A stretch of DNA of 40,368 nucleotides, from positions 1 to 40,368 of the IMG/VR virus record IMGVR_UViG_3300009095_000031; one strand, 5' to 3'. Of the stretch, positions 1 to 8,186 are shown piece by piece (the first letter of the stretch is position 1; each line of letters begins with the position of its first letter). The position numbers were made by a program, and so were the translations under genes. The notes under the pieces are model-generated. The model was not told where the DNA came from, made no database searches, and saw only the letters and a list, made by a program, of their open reading frames with translations. The stretch is from a virus (Duplodnaviria > Caudoviricetes).

Positions 1-123
1 CGATCCGGGCGCAGGACGACCCGCTGCTGTGCCCGCCATACGCGCGCGAGGGGCTGGACCGGCTGGCCGAGCTGCTGGCCAGCACCACATGGGAGGACGA
101 GCGCGTGCGCGTCACCCAGCTGC
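1..123. repeat. Terminal direct repeat, left copy (identical to 40246-40368); probably circular assembly overlap
   Basis: Base-for-base identity of 1-123 with 40246-40368; an ORF reads through the junction. Confidence 0.95.
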
Positions 124-157
124 TGGCCGACGACCTGGACCAGCTGGGCGGGATTGT

Positions 158-367
158 CTAGAGCCCTTCGGCCTCGAGTTCGCGCAGGGCTGCGCACCCG
201 TAGGCTGCGGCAAAATCCGAACGCTCGCGCGGGCTGAATCGGCACGGCGATGGCGACGGCGATCCAGCCAGACGAGCGGCCCGAGGCGCATCGGCCGCCC
301 CGCAGAACCCGCAGACGTGCGCACCGATGACCGGCACGGCCACCGAGCCGCACACGTCGCAGCGCAT
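158..367 (-). CDS. Small Zn-finger-like protein (69 aa)
   Basis: MRCDVCGS...VCGFCG (two CxxC); ATG at 367 overlaps upstream stop (TGATG). Confidence 0.6.
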   Translation of the reverse strand: MRCDVCGSVAVPVIGAHVCGFCGAADAPRAARLAGSPSPSPCRFSPRERSDFAAAYGCAALRELEAEGL

Positions 368-927
368 CACGGCAGCAGCTCCGCGTCCCGCAGCCACCGC
401 TGGGCTGTCGACAGCGGCAGGGACGTGGCGAACCCCGACTCTTGGAACAGCATCGACACCATCGGCTCATCCTCGACCTGCTCCTGGACGCTGACCACGT
501 AGACCGTGCGCGGCTCCCCGCGGGCGGTGGTGTGCGCGTAGTAGCAGTCCGAGTGCAGCCGGGCGGGCGGGCGCTCGACGGCCTCGCGCGCGTCCATGCG
601 GGCGAAGGGCTCGGCCGCGTGCTGGGCGTCGAACATCACCTGCCAGGTGTCGTGCATGGCGTGGCTGCGACGGTGGTCGCCGGTAGGTATGGCGCCCTTC
701 ACGTTCGTGTAGCCCATGCCGGCGGCGTGCGCGGCGAGCACCTGGCCCACCAGCGAGCGCGACAGCGTGGCCCGGTAAAGGTAGTCGGCGCGCGGCGTGC
801 GCGTGACCTGGGCGGTAGGGAAGATCCGCTCAATGTCGCCGGCGAACCGGGCCCGCACCATCAGGTGCTCGGGCTGGTCGCGGTGGGCGACAAAGGACAG
901 CATGGCGTTCGGGAAGAAAATCCACAT
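367..927 (-). CDS. Conserved-looking phage hypothetical protein (186 aa)
   Basis: Start re-called at ATG 927 with GAGGAGG SD; MWIFFPNAMLSFVAH...LMVRAR...DYLYRA...YTNVK reads as a globular protein. Confidence 0.75.
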   Translation of the reverse strand: MWIFFPNAMLSFVAHRDQPEHLMVRARFAGDIERIFPTAQVTRTPRADYLYRATLSRSLVGQVLAAHAAGMGYTNVKGAIPTGDHRRSHAMHDTWQVMFDAQHAAEPFARMDAREAVERPPARLHSDCYYAHTTARGEPRTVYVVSVQEQVEDEPMVSMLFQESGFATSLPLSTAQRWLRDAELLP

Positions 928-958
928 GGGCGTGCGCCTCCTCGCGCGTGCCGGGTGT

Positions 959-1168
959 TCAGCGGCTGCAGGCGACGGCCAGCACCGCGGTGACAAGGGC
1001 AGCCAGGAACAGCCAGCCCGCAAAAGTGACCAGCCCGGCATAGCGTCCGCGCGGCGTGGGCGGGTGGCCCATGGCGTTGGTCATCGAGTCATAGACGCCG
1101 CGGGCCAGGGCGCGCTCCACGGCGAGCTCGGCGGCGGTGCGCTTCGGGCGCTTCGGGTGCTTCGGCAT
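959..1168 (-). CDS. Small membrane protein (69 aa)
   Basis: ATG 1168 with GAGGA SD; basic N-terminus, C-terminal hydrophobic helix. Confidence 0.65.
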   Translation of the reverse strand: MPKHPKRPKRTAAELAVERALARGVYDSMTNAMGHPPTPRGRYAGLVTFAGWLFLAALVTAVLAVACSR

Positions 1169-1170
1169 GG

Positions 1171-1428
1171 TCAATCCTCCCTCGGGTGCAGCGCGGCGTT
1201 GAACAGAAACCCCACCGCGAAGGCCACGCAGGCCACGATGTAGTAGGACACATAGCGCGCGAGGCGGTGGCGCACGGTGTCGACCAGCTCCACCACCGCC
1301 TCGCCTATCCCGGCGGTGAACCCGGCAGGGTCCAGAATCATGTAGGCCAGCAGCGGCAGGCAGACCAGCACGACCACCAGGAAGCACGCCACGTCGAACG
1401 GGCTGCGGAATATCGGGTTGCGGTTCAT
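1171..1428 (-). CDS. Small two-TM membrane protein (85 aa)
   Basis: Two hydrophobic segments; SD AGGAAGGA; tightly packed operon. Confidence 0.7.
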   Translation of the reverse strand: MNRNPIFRSPFDVACFLVVVLVCLPLLAYMILDPAGFTAGIGEAVVELVDTVRHRLARYVSYYIVACVAFAVGFLFNAALHPRED

Positions 1429-1604
1429 GGGTCCTTCCTCATCGGGTCATAGACGAAATCGGCCTCGCACCATTTCTCGCCCTTCGGCGGCGTATTCACG
1501 CGGTCAATTTCGGCGAGCAGGTCGCGCCCCTTCGCGCACTGGTCCCATTCCTCGATGGGCAGGCCGTAGGCGCGCGGGTCGCGGCTGTATCCGCCGCGGC
1601 TCAT
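1425..1604 (-). CDS. Small hypothetical protein (59 aa), not in ORF track
   Basis: Hand translation MSRGGYSRDPRAYGLPIEEWDQCAKGRDLLAEIDRV...RKDP*; ATGA overlaps at both ends fill the operon gap exactly. Confidence 0.65.
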   Translation of the reverse strand: MSRGGYSRDPRAYGLPIEEWDQCAKGRDLLAEIDRVNTPPKGEKWCEADFVYDPMRKDP

Positions 1605-1780
1605 GCCGTCACCGCCTGCGGCCGTTCGGCCAGCGCGTTCTGCAGCGCCACCACCAGCCGCTCGGCCTCATCGCGGGACAGGCCCACCCGCCCCTCGGTG
1701 CCGAAGTGGATCACGACGCTATCGAAATCGAGCGCTACGCGCGTGGGCAGGCCGAAGCCGGAAAGGGCCACGAAAGCCAT
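1601..1780 (-). CDS. Small hypothetical protein (59 aa)
   Basis: ATG 1780 overlaps upstream TAA (TAATG). Confidence 0.6.
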   Translation of the reverse strand: MAFVALSGFGLPTRVALDFDSVVIHFGTEGRVGLSRDEAERLVVALQNALAERPQAVTA

Positions 1781-1989
1781 TACAGCATCCCCCCGATGAT
1801 CGGCGCCCACAGCGCCACGTCGACGGCGACCAGGGCGGCGAGGGTGGCGAGGGTCCAGCGGCGGCGGCGCTTGGCGGCGGCGGCTTCCTCGAGCTGGCGC
1901 TGGCGGATGGCCTCGCGCTGCGCATCCTTGTCTCGGTTCGCCTTCGCTTGCTTGAACCCGGCGATGGCTACAACTTCATTCCTGTGCAT
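1780..1989 (-). CDS. Small membrane-anchored coiled-coil protein (69 aa)
   Basis: SD GGAGGAAGGA; charged helix then C-terminal TM; first gene after promoter. Confidence 0.7.
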   Translation of the reverse strand: MHRNEVVAIAGFKQAKANRDKDAQREAIRQRQLEEAAAAKRRRRWTLATLAALVAVDVALWAPIIGGML

Positions 1990-2013
1990 GATCCTTCCTC
2001 CCGTTGGCCGGCA

Positions 2014-2060
2014 CTACCGCCGGTAGCAGTCACCCTACTACTGCTAGTAGCGAAATGCAA
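2014..2060 (-). promoter_or_regulatory. Sigma70-like promoter TTGCAT-N17-TAGGGT with two palindromic operators (2014-2026, 2038-2050)
   Basis: -35 at 2060-2055, -10 at 2037-2032; CTACCGCCGGTAG and CTACTGCTAGTAG. Confidence 0.75.
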
Positions 2061-2070
2061 CACCCCGAGG

Positions 2071-2112
2071 GAAACGGTCGCACTACCGCGCACCGGTCAC
2101 GACCGGCACAGT
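2071..2112 (+). promoter_or_regulatory. Candidate activator-dependent late promoter (head/tail operon)
   Basis: GAAACGGTCGCACTACCGC identical to 27324-27342; -10-like CACAGT at 2107-2112. Confidence 0.6.
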
Positions 2113-2152
2113 TCAAGCCTACGGAATCCCGCGAACCTGCACAGGGCAAGCA

Positions 2153-3307
2153 ATGAAGCGAGTCCCCATCTTCAAGCCCGGCCGGCACACCGCCGCCAAC
2201 GGCACCACGCTGGACTTCAGCGAGGAGGCCCTGGCCGCGTCGATTGCCGCCTATGACCCGAAGGTGCACGAGGCGCCGCTGGTCATCGGGCACCCGAAGG
2301 ACAACGGCCCGGCCTACGGCTGGGTGTCCTCGCTGGCGTTCGCCGAGGGCCAAGTGGTCGCCGAAACCGCGCAGGTCAATGCCGACTTCGCCGAAATGGT
2401 GGCCAGCGGGGCGTTCAAAAAGCGCAGCGCATCGTTCTACACCCCGGACAGCCCGAGCAATCCGGTGCCGGGCGTCTACTACCTGCGCCACGTCGGGTTT
2501 CTGGGCGCGCAGCCGCCGGCCATCAAAGGGCTGACCCCGGTCGAATTCAATGACGCCGACGAGGGCGTGGTGGAGTTCGCCGACGACGCCTACACCAGCA
2601 GCACGGTGGCGCACCTGTTCCGCCGCATGCGCGAGTTCATGCTGGCGCAGTTCGGCCAGGAGGCCGCGGACACCACGCTGCCCTCCTTCCACGTCGAGGA
2701 CCTGGAACGCGCGGCGGCCGACAAGCGCGCCGAGCGTGAAGCCACCACCACCCCCGCATTTTCCGAGGAACCGAGCATGACCACCCCCAACGCCATGACC
2801 CCCGAGCAGGCTGCCCAGCTGCAGGCCGACCTCGACGCCGCCCGCGCCCGCGTGACCGAGCTCGAGGGCCAGACCACCAACTTCAGCGAGCGCGAGGCCC
2901 AGCTGGCCGCACGCGAGCACGCCGCCAACGTCGCCACCATCCGCGGCGAGCTCGACGCGCAGGTGAAGGCCGGCCGCATCCTTCCCGCGCACGTCGCCCC
3001 GCTGGCCGAGTTCATGGCCACGCTGCCCGCCGATGGCGAGGTGGTCGAGTTCGGCGAGCCGGTCGACGGCGCCACCCCCAAGGTGTCCGCGCGCGCCTTC
3101 ATGGCCGCGTTCGTCGCCCAGCTGCCCAAGGCCGTGGAGTTCGGCGAGCTCGCCCCGGGCACCGGCCCGAGCGCGACCAAGCTCACCGGCGAGGCCATCG
3201 CCGACAAGATCCGCGAGCGCATCGCCAAGGTGAAGGCCGAAACCGGCCGCGAGCTGTCCTATGCCGAGGCCGCGAACCACGTCATGGCCGCGGAGGCCGG
3301 CGAGTAA
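2153..3307 (+). CDS. Mu-like prohead protease / scaffold protein
   Basis: EAPLVIGHP, AYGWV, KKRSASFY, YLRHVGFLGAQPPAIKGL motifs; coiled-coil C-terminal half; upstream of capsid genes. Confidence 0.9.
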   Translation: MKRVPIFKPGRHTAANGTTLDFSEEALAASIAAYDPKVHEAPLVIGHPKDNGPAYGWVSSLAFAEGQVVAETAQVNADFAEMVASGAFKKRSASFYTPDSPSNPVPGVYYLRHVGFLGAQPPAIKGLTPVEFNDADEGVVEFADDAYTSSTVAHLFRRMREFMLAQFGQEAADTTLPSFHVEDLERAAADKRAEREATTTPAFSEEPSMTTPNAMTPEQAAQLQADLDAARARVTELEGQTTNFSEREAQLAAREHAANVATIRGELDAQVKAGRILPAHVAPLAEFMATLPADGEVVEFGEPVDGATPKVSARAFMAAFVAQLPKAVEFGELAPGTGPSATKLTGEAIADKIRERIAKVKAETGRELSYAEAANHVMAAEAGE

Positions 3308-3352
3308 GCCGGCCCCAGCCACCCCACCCTACTGCCCCAAGGAATCCGAGCC

Positions 3353-3724
3353 ATGAACAACCCCGGCCTCATCAAGTCTCTGCTGGCGGCGGCGGTCATC
3401 CTGCCGCACCGCATCGTGAAGTTCGGCACCGACGACGCGCACATCGTTCAGGCCGCGGCCGCGACCGATGCGAGCATCGGCGTGTCCCCGCTGGGCGCCG
3501 ACGCCATCGGCCAGGTGTGCGACTTCGCCACCGAAGGCCTGGCCACGGTCGAATACGGCGGCACCGTCACCCGCGGCGCCTTCCTCACGTCCGACGCCAA
3601 CGGCTGCGCCGTCGCCACCACCACGGGCGGCGCGCGAATCATCGGCATCGCCATGGTGTCGGGCGTGCTCGGCGACCTGGGCAGCGTGAAGATCGCCCCC
3701 AGCGCGCTGGGCGTCGCCGGCTGA
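3353..3724 (+). CDS. Capsid decoration/cement protein (DUF2190-like)
   Basis: VEYGGTVTRGAFLTSDANGCAV...IIGIAM pattern; lies between protease and capsid. Confidence 0.8.
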   Translation: MNNPGLIKSLLAAAVILPHRIVKFGTDDAHIVQAAAATDASIGVSPLGADAIGQVCDFATEGLATVEYGGTVTRGAFLTSDANGCAVATTTGGARIIGIAMVSGVLGDLGSVKIAPSALGVAG

Positions 3725-3765
3725 CCTGACCACCACACACTGACCCGATACCCGAGGAATTCGAA

Positions 3766-4707
3766 ATGACCCAGGTCCGCCCCTTCCCCGTCGATGCCGT
3801 GATGACCGGCATCGCTCTGGCGTACAGCAACAAGGCCCTGATCGCCGACGACGTGCTTCCGCGCGTGCCCGTCGGTGGCCAGACGTTCCGCTACATGAAG
3901 TTCGACCCGGCCGAGCGCATGACCATCCCGGCCACCCTGGTGGGCCGCAAGGGCCGCCCGAACGAGGTCGAATTCGGCGCCACCGAAACCCCCGGGCAGG
4001 TGTTCGACTACGGCCTGGACGACGTGGTGCCGAACGACGACGTGGCCAGCGCCCCCCCGGGCTATGACCCCATCGGCAACGCCGTGCAGGGCCTGACCGA
4101 CCTGATCCTGCTGGACCGCGAGGTGCGCGTGGCGTCGATGGTGTTCGACCCGGCCAACTATGCCGCCGGCAACAAGACCCAGCTCACCACCGGCGACTTC
4201 TGGGACGACCCGGACAGCGACCCGGTGCTGCAGATTCTGGACTCGCTGGAATCCGGCCTGGTGCGCCCGAACACCGCTGTGTTCAGCCAAAAGGTGTTCG
4301 ACGCCCTGCGCATGCACCCGAAGGTGGTCGCGGCGGCCTATTCCGGCGGCGGCAATGCGGCCACCGGCGGCGTGGTCACGCGCCAGGCGCTCGCCAACGT
4401 GCTGGAAATCGACCGCGTGCTGGTAGGCGCTGGCTTCGTGAACACCGCCAAGCCCGGCCAGACCCCCACGCGCTCGCGCACCTGGGGCAACCATGCGGCG
4501 TTCCTGCACATCAACCCGCTGGCCAACACCCGCCAGGGCATGACCTTCGGTTTCACCGCCCAGTGGCAGGGCCGCGTGTCGGGCCGCATCGCCGAGCCGG
4601 TCACCGGCCTGCGCGGCGCCACCCGCGTGCGCGTTGGTGAGTCGGTGGGCGAAATCATCGTGGCGAACGACGCCGGCTATTTCATCGAGGACGCCATCAC
4701 GCCGTAA
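3766..4707 (+). CDS. Major capsid protein
   Basis: 313 aa; LTGIALAY-like N-terminus, ILLDREVRVA, FDALRMHPKV; synteny; strong codon bias. Confidence 0.88.
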   Translation: MTQVRPFPVDAVMTGIALAYSNKALIADDVLPRVPVGGQTFRYMKFDPAERMTIPATLVGRKGRPNEVEFGATETPGQVFDYGLDDVVPNDDVASAPPGYDPIGNAVQGLTDLILLDREVRVASMVFDPANYAAGNKTQLTTGDFWDDPDSDPVLQILDSLESGLVRPNTAVFSQKVFDALRMHPKVVAAAYSGGGNAATGGVVTRQALANVLEIDRVLVGAGFVNTAKPGQTPTRSRTWGNHAAFLHINPLANTRQGMTFGFTAQWQGRVSGRIAEPVTGLRGATRVRVGESVGEIIVANDAGYFIEDAITP

Positions 4708-4792
4708 ACCGTCACCCGGGGGCGACCCCGGGCCGGCTACGGTAGACGGGCCGCCGGATAGGCTGGCGGCCCAACCTCGAGGACGCACCCGC

Positions 4793-5353
4793 ATGAACAG
4801 CAAGACCACCACCAAGGGCAGCACCGCCGCTGCCGACGCCCGCGCCGCCGGCAAGGCCGCGAGCACCGCCACCAGCACCGCACCGGCCGATCCGAAGGCC
4901 ACCGCGACGCTGCAGCAGCCCGAGCCGACCGCCTCGGCCATGACCAAGCAGCTGGGCAACCCCGGCGACGGCAAGGCCCCGGGCGGCCGCTACCCGGCCA
5001 AGGATTCGAACGAGGGCCAGACCGGCGTCACCAGCTACACGGTGCAGCCAGGCTTCAGCGTGAGCGCGCGCGGTCGCCAGTACGGCGAAGGCCAGCAGGT
5101 TCCGCTGAACCACGTCGACGCCGCCCGCCTGGTCGAGCAGGGCCGCGTGGCCGCCTCGGGCGAGAACCGCCAAGACCACCCGCTGGCGCACCACCTGGAC
5201 GCCAACGCCCCGGAGGTCATCGCCATGCTTGAGCAGGGCGGCCTGGGCGCCGAGGACCTGGGCGAGCTCGCCACGCTCGAGCAGGGCGGAAAGGGCCGCA
5301 AGACCGTGCTCGAGGCCATCGAGGCGGCGCGCGCGCAGGGCGCGGGCGAGTAA
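4793..5353 (+). CDS. Hypothetical head-associated protein (186 aa)
   Basis: Start re-called at ATG 4793 (GAGGA SD); low-complexity N-terminus, C-terminal EQGGKGRKTVLEAI motif common after phage capsid genes. Confidence 0.7.
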   Translation: MNSKTTTKGSTAAADARAAGKAASTATSTAPADPKATATLQQPEPTASAMTKQLGNPGDGKAPGGRYPAKDSNEGQTGVTSYTVQPGFSVSARGRQYGEGQQVPLNHVDAARLVEQGRVAASGENRQDHPLAHHLDANAPEVIAMLEQGGLGAEDLGELATLEQGGKGRKTVLEAIEAARAQGAGE

Positions 5354-5356
5354 GCC

Positions 5357-5803
5357 GTGGCCTACTGTCCCGAAGCGGCGTTTGTGGAGCGGTTCGGCCA
5401 GCGTGAGCTGGACCAGCTGCTGGGCCGTGGCGAGTTCGCCGGGCCCAAGGCCGAAACCGGCCGCACCTATGACGCCGCGGCCGCCGACGGCGACGCCATC
5501 GTGGACAGCTACCTGGCAATGCGCGGCGGCATCGTCCTGCCTCTCTCCGGGACGGTGCCGCCCCGCATCCTCGAGCTCGCCGCGGACCTGACCCGCTACG
5601 AGCTCTATGACGACGTGAAAGACGACGACACCCCCGCCGCGGTGGTGGTGCGTCGCAAGCTCGCGCTCGACTTCCTGCGCGACGTGGCCAAGGGCCTGGC
5701 CACCATCCCGGGCCTGTTCCCGGATCCGGCCGACCTCGCCGGCAGCATCGCCGTGAGTGCGGCGCCGCGGGTGTTCACCGCCGAATCCCTGCGGGGGTTC
5801 TGA
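5357..5803 (+). CDS. Head-tail adaptor, Mu gp36/DUF1320-like
   Basis: MAYC...F...EL.QL, IVDSYL, LTRYELY, ALDFLRDVAKG. Confidence 0.88.
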   Translation: MAYCPEAAFVERFGQRELDQLLGRGEFAGPKAETGRTYDAAAADGDAIVDSYLAMRGGIVLPLSGTVPPRILELAADLTRYELYDDVKDDDTPAAVVVRRKLALDFLRDVAKGLATIPGLFPDPADLAGSIAVSAAPRVFTAESLRGF

Positions 5804-5805
5804 CC

Positions 5806-6294
5806 GTGGTCGCCAAGATCGAGGCCAACATCGCCGAGGTACAGGCGCGGCTGAACGCCATCAAGGCCTCGGGCGGCGACACCAGCCCCGCGCTGCGCGC
5901 GTTCGGCAACGTCGTTCTGAATCGCATCCGCATGGGCTTCCGCCTAGGCCGCAGCCCGTGGGGCCAGTCCTGGCGCCAGCTGGTGCTGCGCGACGGCCAG
6001 CCGCTGCGCAATACCGGGCAGCTGCAGCGGTCCATCACCATGCAGCAGGTGAAGGACGGCGTGGAAATCGGCACCAACCTGATACAGGCGCGGGTGCAGC
6101 ACTTCGGCGCCACCATCCGGCCGAAAAACGTCAAGTTCCTGCGCTTCCCCGGCCCCAATGGCTTCATCTTCGCCAAGGAAGTGACCATCCCCGCGCGGCC
6201 CTTTATGCCCATCGACCGCGGCGGCGGCATGGCGATGCCGCCCCAGTGGGCCGCCTCGGGCCTCGAGGCCATGAAAAAGGCGCTGCAGCTGTGA
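5806..6294 (+). CDS. Virion morphogenesis protein (Mu gpG-like)
   Basis: SPWGQSW, LRNTGQLQRSI, IGTN..QARVQHFG, IPARPFM. Confidence 0.88.
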   Translation: MVAKIEANIAEVQARLNAIKASGGDTSPALRAFGNVVLNRIRMGFRLGRSPWGQSWRQLVLRDGQPLRNTGQLQRSITMQQVKDGVEIGTNLIQARVQHFGATIRPKNVKFLRFPGPNGFIFAKEVTIPARPFMPIDRGGGMAMPPQWAASGLEAMKKALQL

Positions 6295-6749
6295 GCGTGC
6301 AGGCCATCGAGGAGGCCCTGGTGGCGCGGCTCGAGGCGCGGCTGAAGGGCGCCGGGCTGGTGTCCTACGTCTACAGCGCCGGCGAGTATGCGCAGACCGA
6401 AGAACGGTCGCAGTACCACCCGGCGGCGGCGGTCATCTATAACGGTTACACGCCCGGCGACGAGGTGGGGCAGGGAGTCCAGCAGGCCGTGAATCTTTCG
6501 TTCCTGGTGGTGCTCATCACGCGCAACGCGAGCGACTTCGCCACCGGCGGGGCTGCGCGCGACGACGTGAGTCCCATCTTCGACGCTGTGCTGGAAGCGG
6601 TGCTGGGCTGGCGCCCGCCCATCACGGGCAAGGCCTTCCCATCGCCCTTCAAGCTCGAGGCGGCCCCCGGTGCGCAGGTGAGCGCCGAAGGGTTCGCGTA
6701 TTGGCCCGTCGCCTTCACCATTCGCCGCAGCTACCGCGGCACCCCCTGA
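6291..6749 (+). CDS. Tail terminator (Mu gp37-like)
   Basis: Start re-called at GTG 6291 (GTGA overlap); IEEALVARLE, VLEAVLGWRP; synteny. Confidence 0.75.
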   Translation: MSVQAIEEALVARLEARLKGAGLVSYVYSAGEYAQTEERSQYHPAAAVIYNGYTPGDEVGQGVQQAVNLSFLVVLITRNASDFATGGAARDDVSPIFDAVLEAVLGWRPPITGKAFPSPFKLEAAPGAQVSAEGFAYWPVAFTIRRSYRGTP

Positions 6750-6764
6750 CCCGAGGACACGAAC

Positions 6765-7511
6765 ATGGATTACAGCTACCTGGGCGCCGGCAAGGCCTAT
6801 CTCCGCGAATACGGCGCGGCCGCCCCCTTCATCGAGGTGGGCAACGCCTCGGCGGTCAACTTCGGCGTGACCGAGCAGGCCATCACGCTGCAGGACTACA
6901 CCAAGCCCGGCGGCGGCACCTACAACGAGGTGAAGCGCATCGAGTCGGTCGACCTGAACATGACGCTGCACGACCTGTCGCCGGCGAACCTCGCGCGCGC
7001 CTTCCTCGGCACCATCAGCACGCACGCCGCGGCCACCGTGACCGCCGAGGAAGTGGTGGCGTACAAGGGCGGTTTCGTGCCGCTCGCGCACGTGCCGGCG
7101 TCCATCACCAGCGTGGCCGGCCCGAGCGGCACGCCCACGTATACCGATGGCGATGACTTCGAATTCCGCGAGGGCGGCCTGTGGATCCCCGAGGGCTCGA
7201 GCATCGTCGACCCGGTTTCTGGTGCCGCGAACATCGAGGTGTCCTATGCCACCGCGGCGCAGGACACCGTGGAGGCCATGACCGTTTCGGCGAAGGACTA
7301 CGAGTTCGTGTTTGTGGGCCTGAACGAGGCCCGCAGCGGCAAGCCGGTGCGCGTCGAGGCCTTCCGCGTGAAGTTCGGCCCGGCCCAGGCGCTCGCGCTG
7401 GTGTCCGCCGACGAGCACGCCGCGCTCGAGGTCGCCGGCAAGGTCCAGGCCGACACCCGCCGCACCGGTGCCGGCCTGTCGACCTACTTTGCCGCCAAGC
7501 TGGTGAAGTAA
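6765..7511 (+). CDS. Major tail (tube) protein
   Basis: YSYLGAGKAYL, EVGNAS, LSPANLARA, FVGLNEA; no sheath gene nearby. Confidence 0.85.
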   Translation: MDYSYLGAGKAYLREYGAAAPFIEVGNASAVNFGVTEQAITLQDYTKPGGGTYNEVKRIESVDLNMTLHDLSPANLARAFLGTISTHAAATVTAEEVVAYKGGFVPLAHVPASITSVAGPSGTPTYTDGDDFEFREGGLWIPEGSSIVDPVSGAANIEVSYATAAQDTVEAMTVSAKDYEFVFVGLNEARSGKPVRVEAFRVKFGPAQALALVSADEHAALEVAGKVQADTRRTGAGLSTYFAAKLVK

Positions 7512-7515
7512 CGCC

Positions 7516-7926
7516 ATGGAAGCGAGGAGCCTTGACGTTATCGCCCCCGAAGGCCAGCAGGTAACGCTGGCCAGCGGCCGCACCATCACCGCGAAGCCCA
7601 TCACGCTGGGGCAGCTGCCCCGGTTCGTGAAGGCCATCCGCCCCGCCTTCGGCGCCCTGGTCGCCCTGGTCCCCGCATCCTCCTCGCCGGGGGCTGACGG
7701 TGGCCAGGGCGCCGACCCCGAGGGCGCGCTGGATCCGGTCGAGCTGCTGACGGCCTATGCCGACCACGGCGAGGCCATCAATGATGCGGTGTCCATCGTG
7801 ACCGGCGAGCCCCGCGAGGTCATCGAGGGCTTGAACCTCGAGGATGCGCTGGCGGTGCTGCGCGCGGTGTGGGAGGTGAACCAGGATTTTTTCGCCCAGC
7901 GGGTCCTGCCGCTGCTGGCCCGGTAG
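7516..7926 (+). CDS. Tail assembly chaperone (gpG-like)
   Basis: Between tube and tape measure; ends near VNQDFF with slippery T TTT TTC at 7887-7893. Confidence 0.8.
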   Translation: MEARSLDVIAPEGQQVTLASGRTITAKPITLGQLPRFVKAIRPAFGALVALVPASSSPGADGGQGADPEGALDPVELLTAYADHGEAINDAVSIVTGEPREVIEGLNLEDALAVLRAVWEVNQDFFAQRVLPLLAR

Positions 7927-8186
7927 CGCCCGAGGCCGAGGCCTGGGGCTGGGCCGACGCCATCGCGGTACTGGTGGCGTCGGGCTTCACGCTCGCCGAG
8001 GTGCACGGCATGACCCTGCACCAGGTGCGCACCTACGGGGACGCGGTGGAGGATCGGCGCAAGCGCGCGCGCACTGAGCTGCTGACCATGCTCCGGGCCG
8101 CGCAATACAGCGGCAAGGATGGCGCCCGCGCCTTCCAGAAGCTGCAGAAGGTATCGAGGACCGCATCGTGGCTGATCCCCGGCTAA
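7887..8186 (+). CDS. Tail chaperone -1 frameshift extension (gpGT-like)
   Basis: -1 frame is open from the slippery site and encodes W..AIAVLVASGF.L.EV..MTL.QV. Confidence 0.7.
   Translation, partial: FFRPAGPAAAGPVAPEAEAWGWADAIAVLVASGFTLAEVHGMTLHQVRTYGDAVEDRRKRARTELLTMLRAAQYSGKDGARAFQKLQKVSRTASWLIPG

Noticed and set aside
1-123. 123-bp repeat as a biological fixed terminal repeat or att site
   Set aside because: It lies mid-gene and is exactly identical at both contig ends, as expected for assembler overlap; no integrase or flanking host DNA
2014-2050. Operator as a host LexA (SOS) box
   Set aside because: Does not match the CTGT-N8-ACAG box or the TTAG-N6-TACTA box I recall for Xylella LexA; a phage-encoded regulator is more parsimonious
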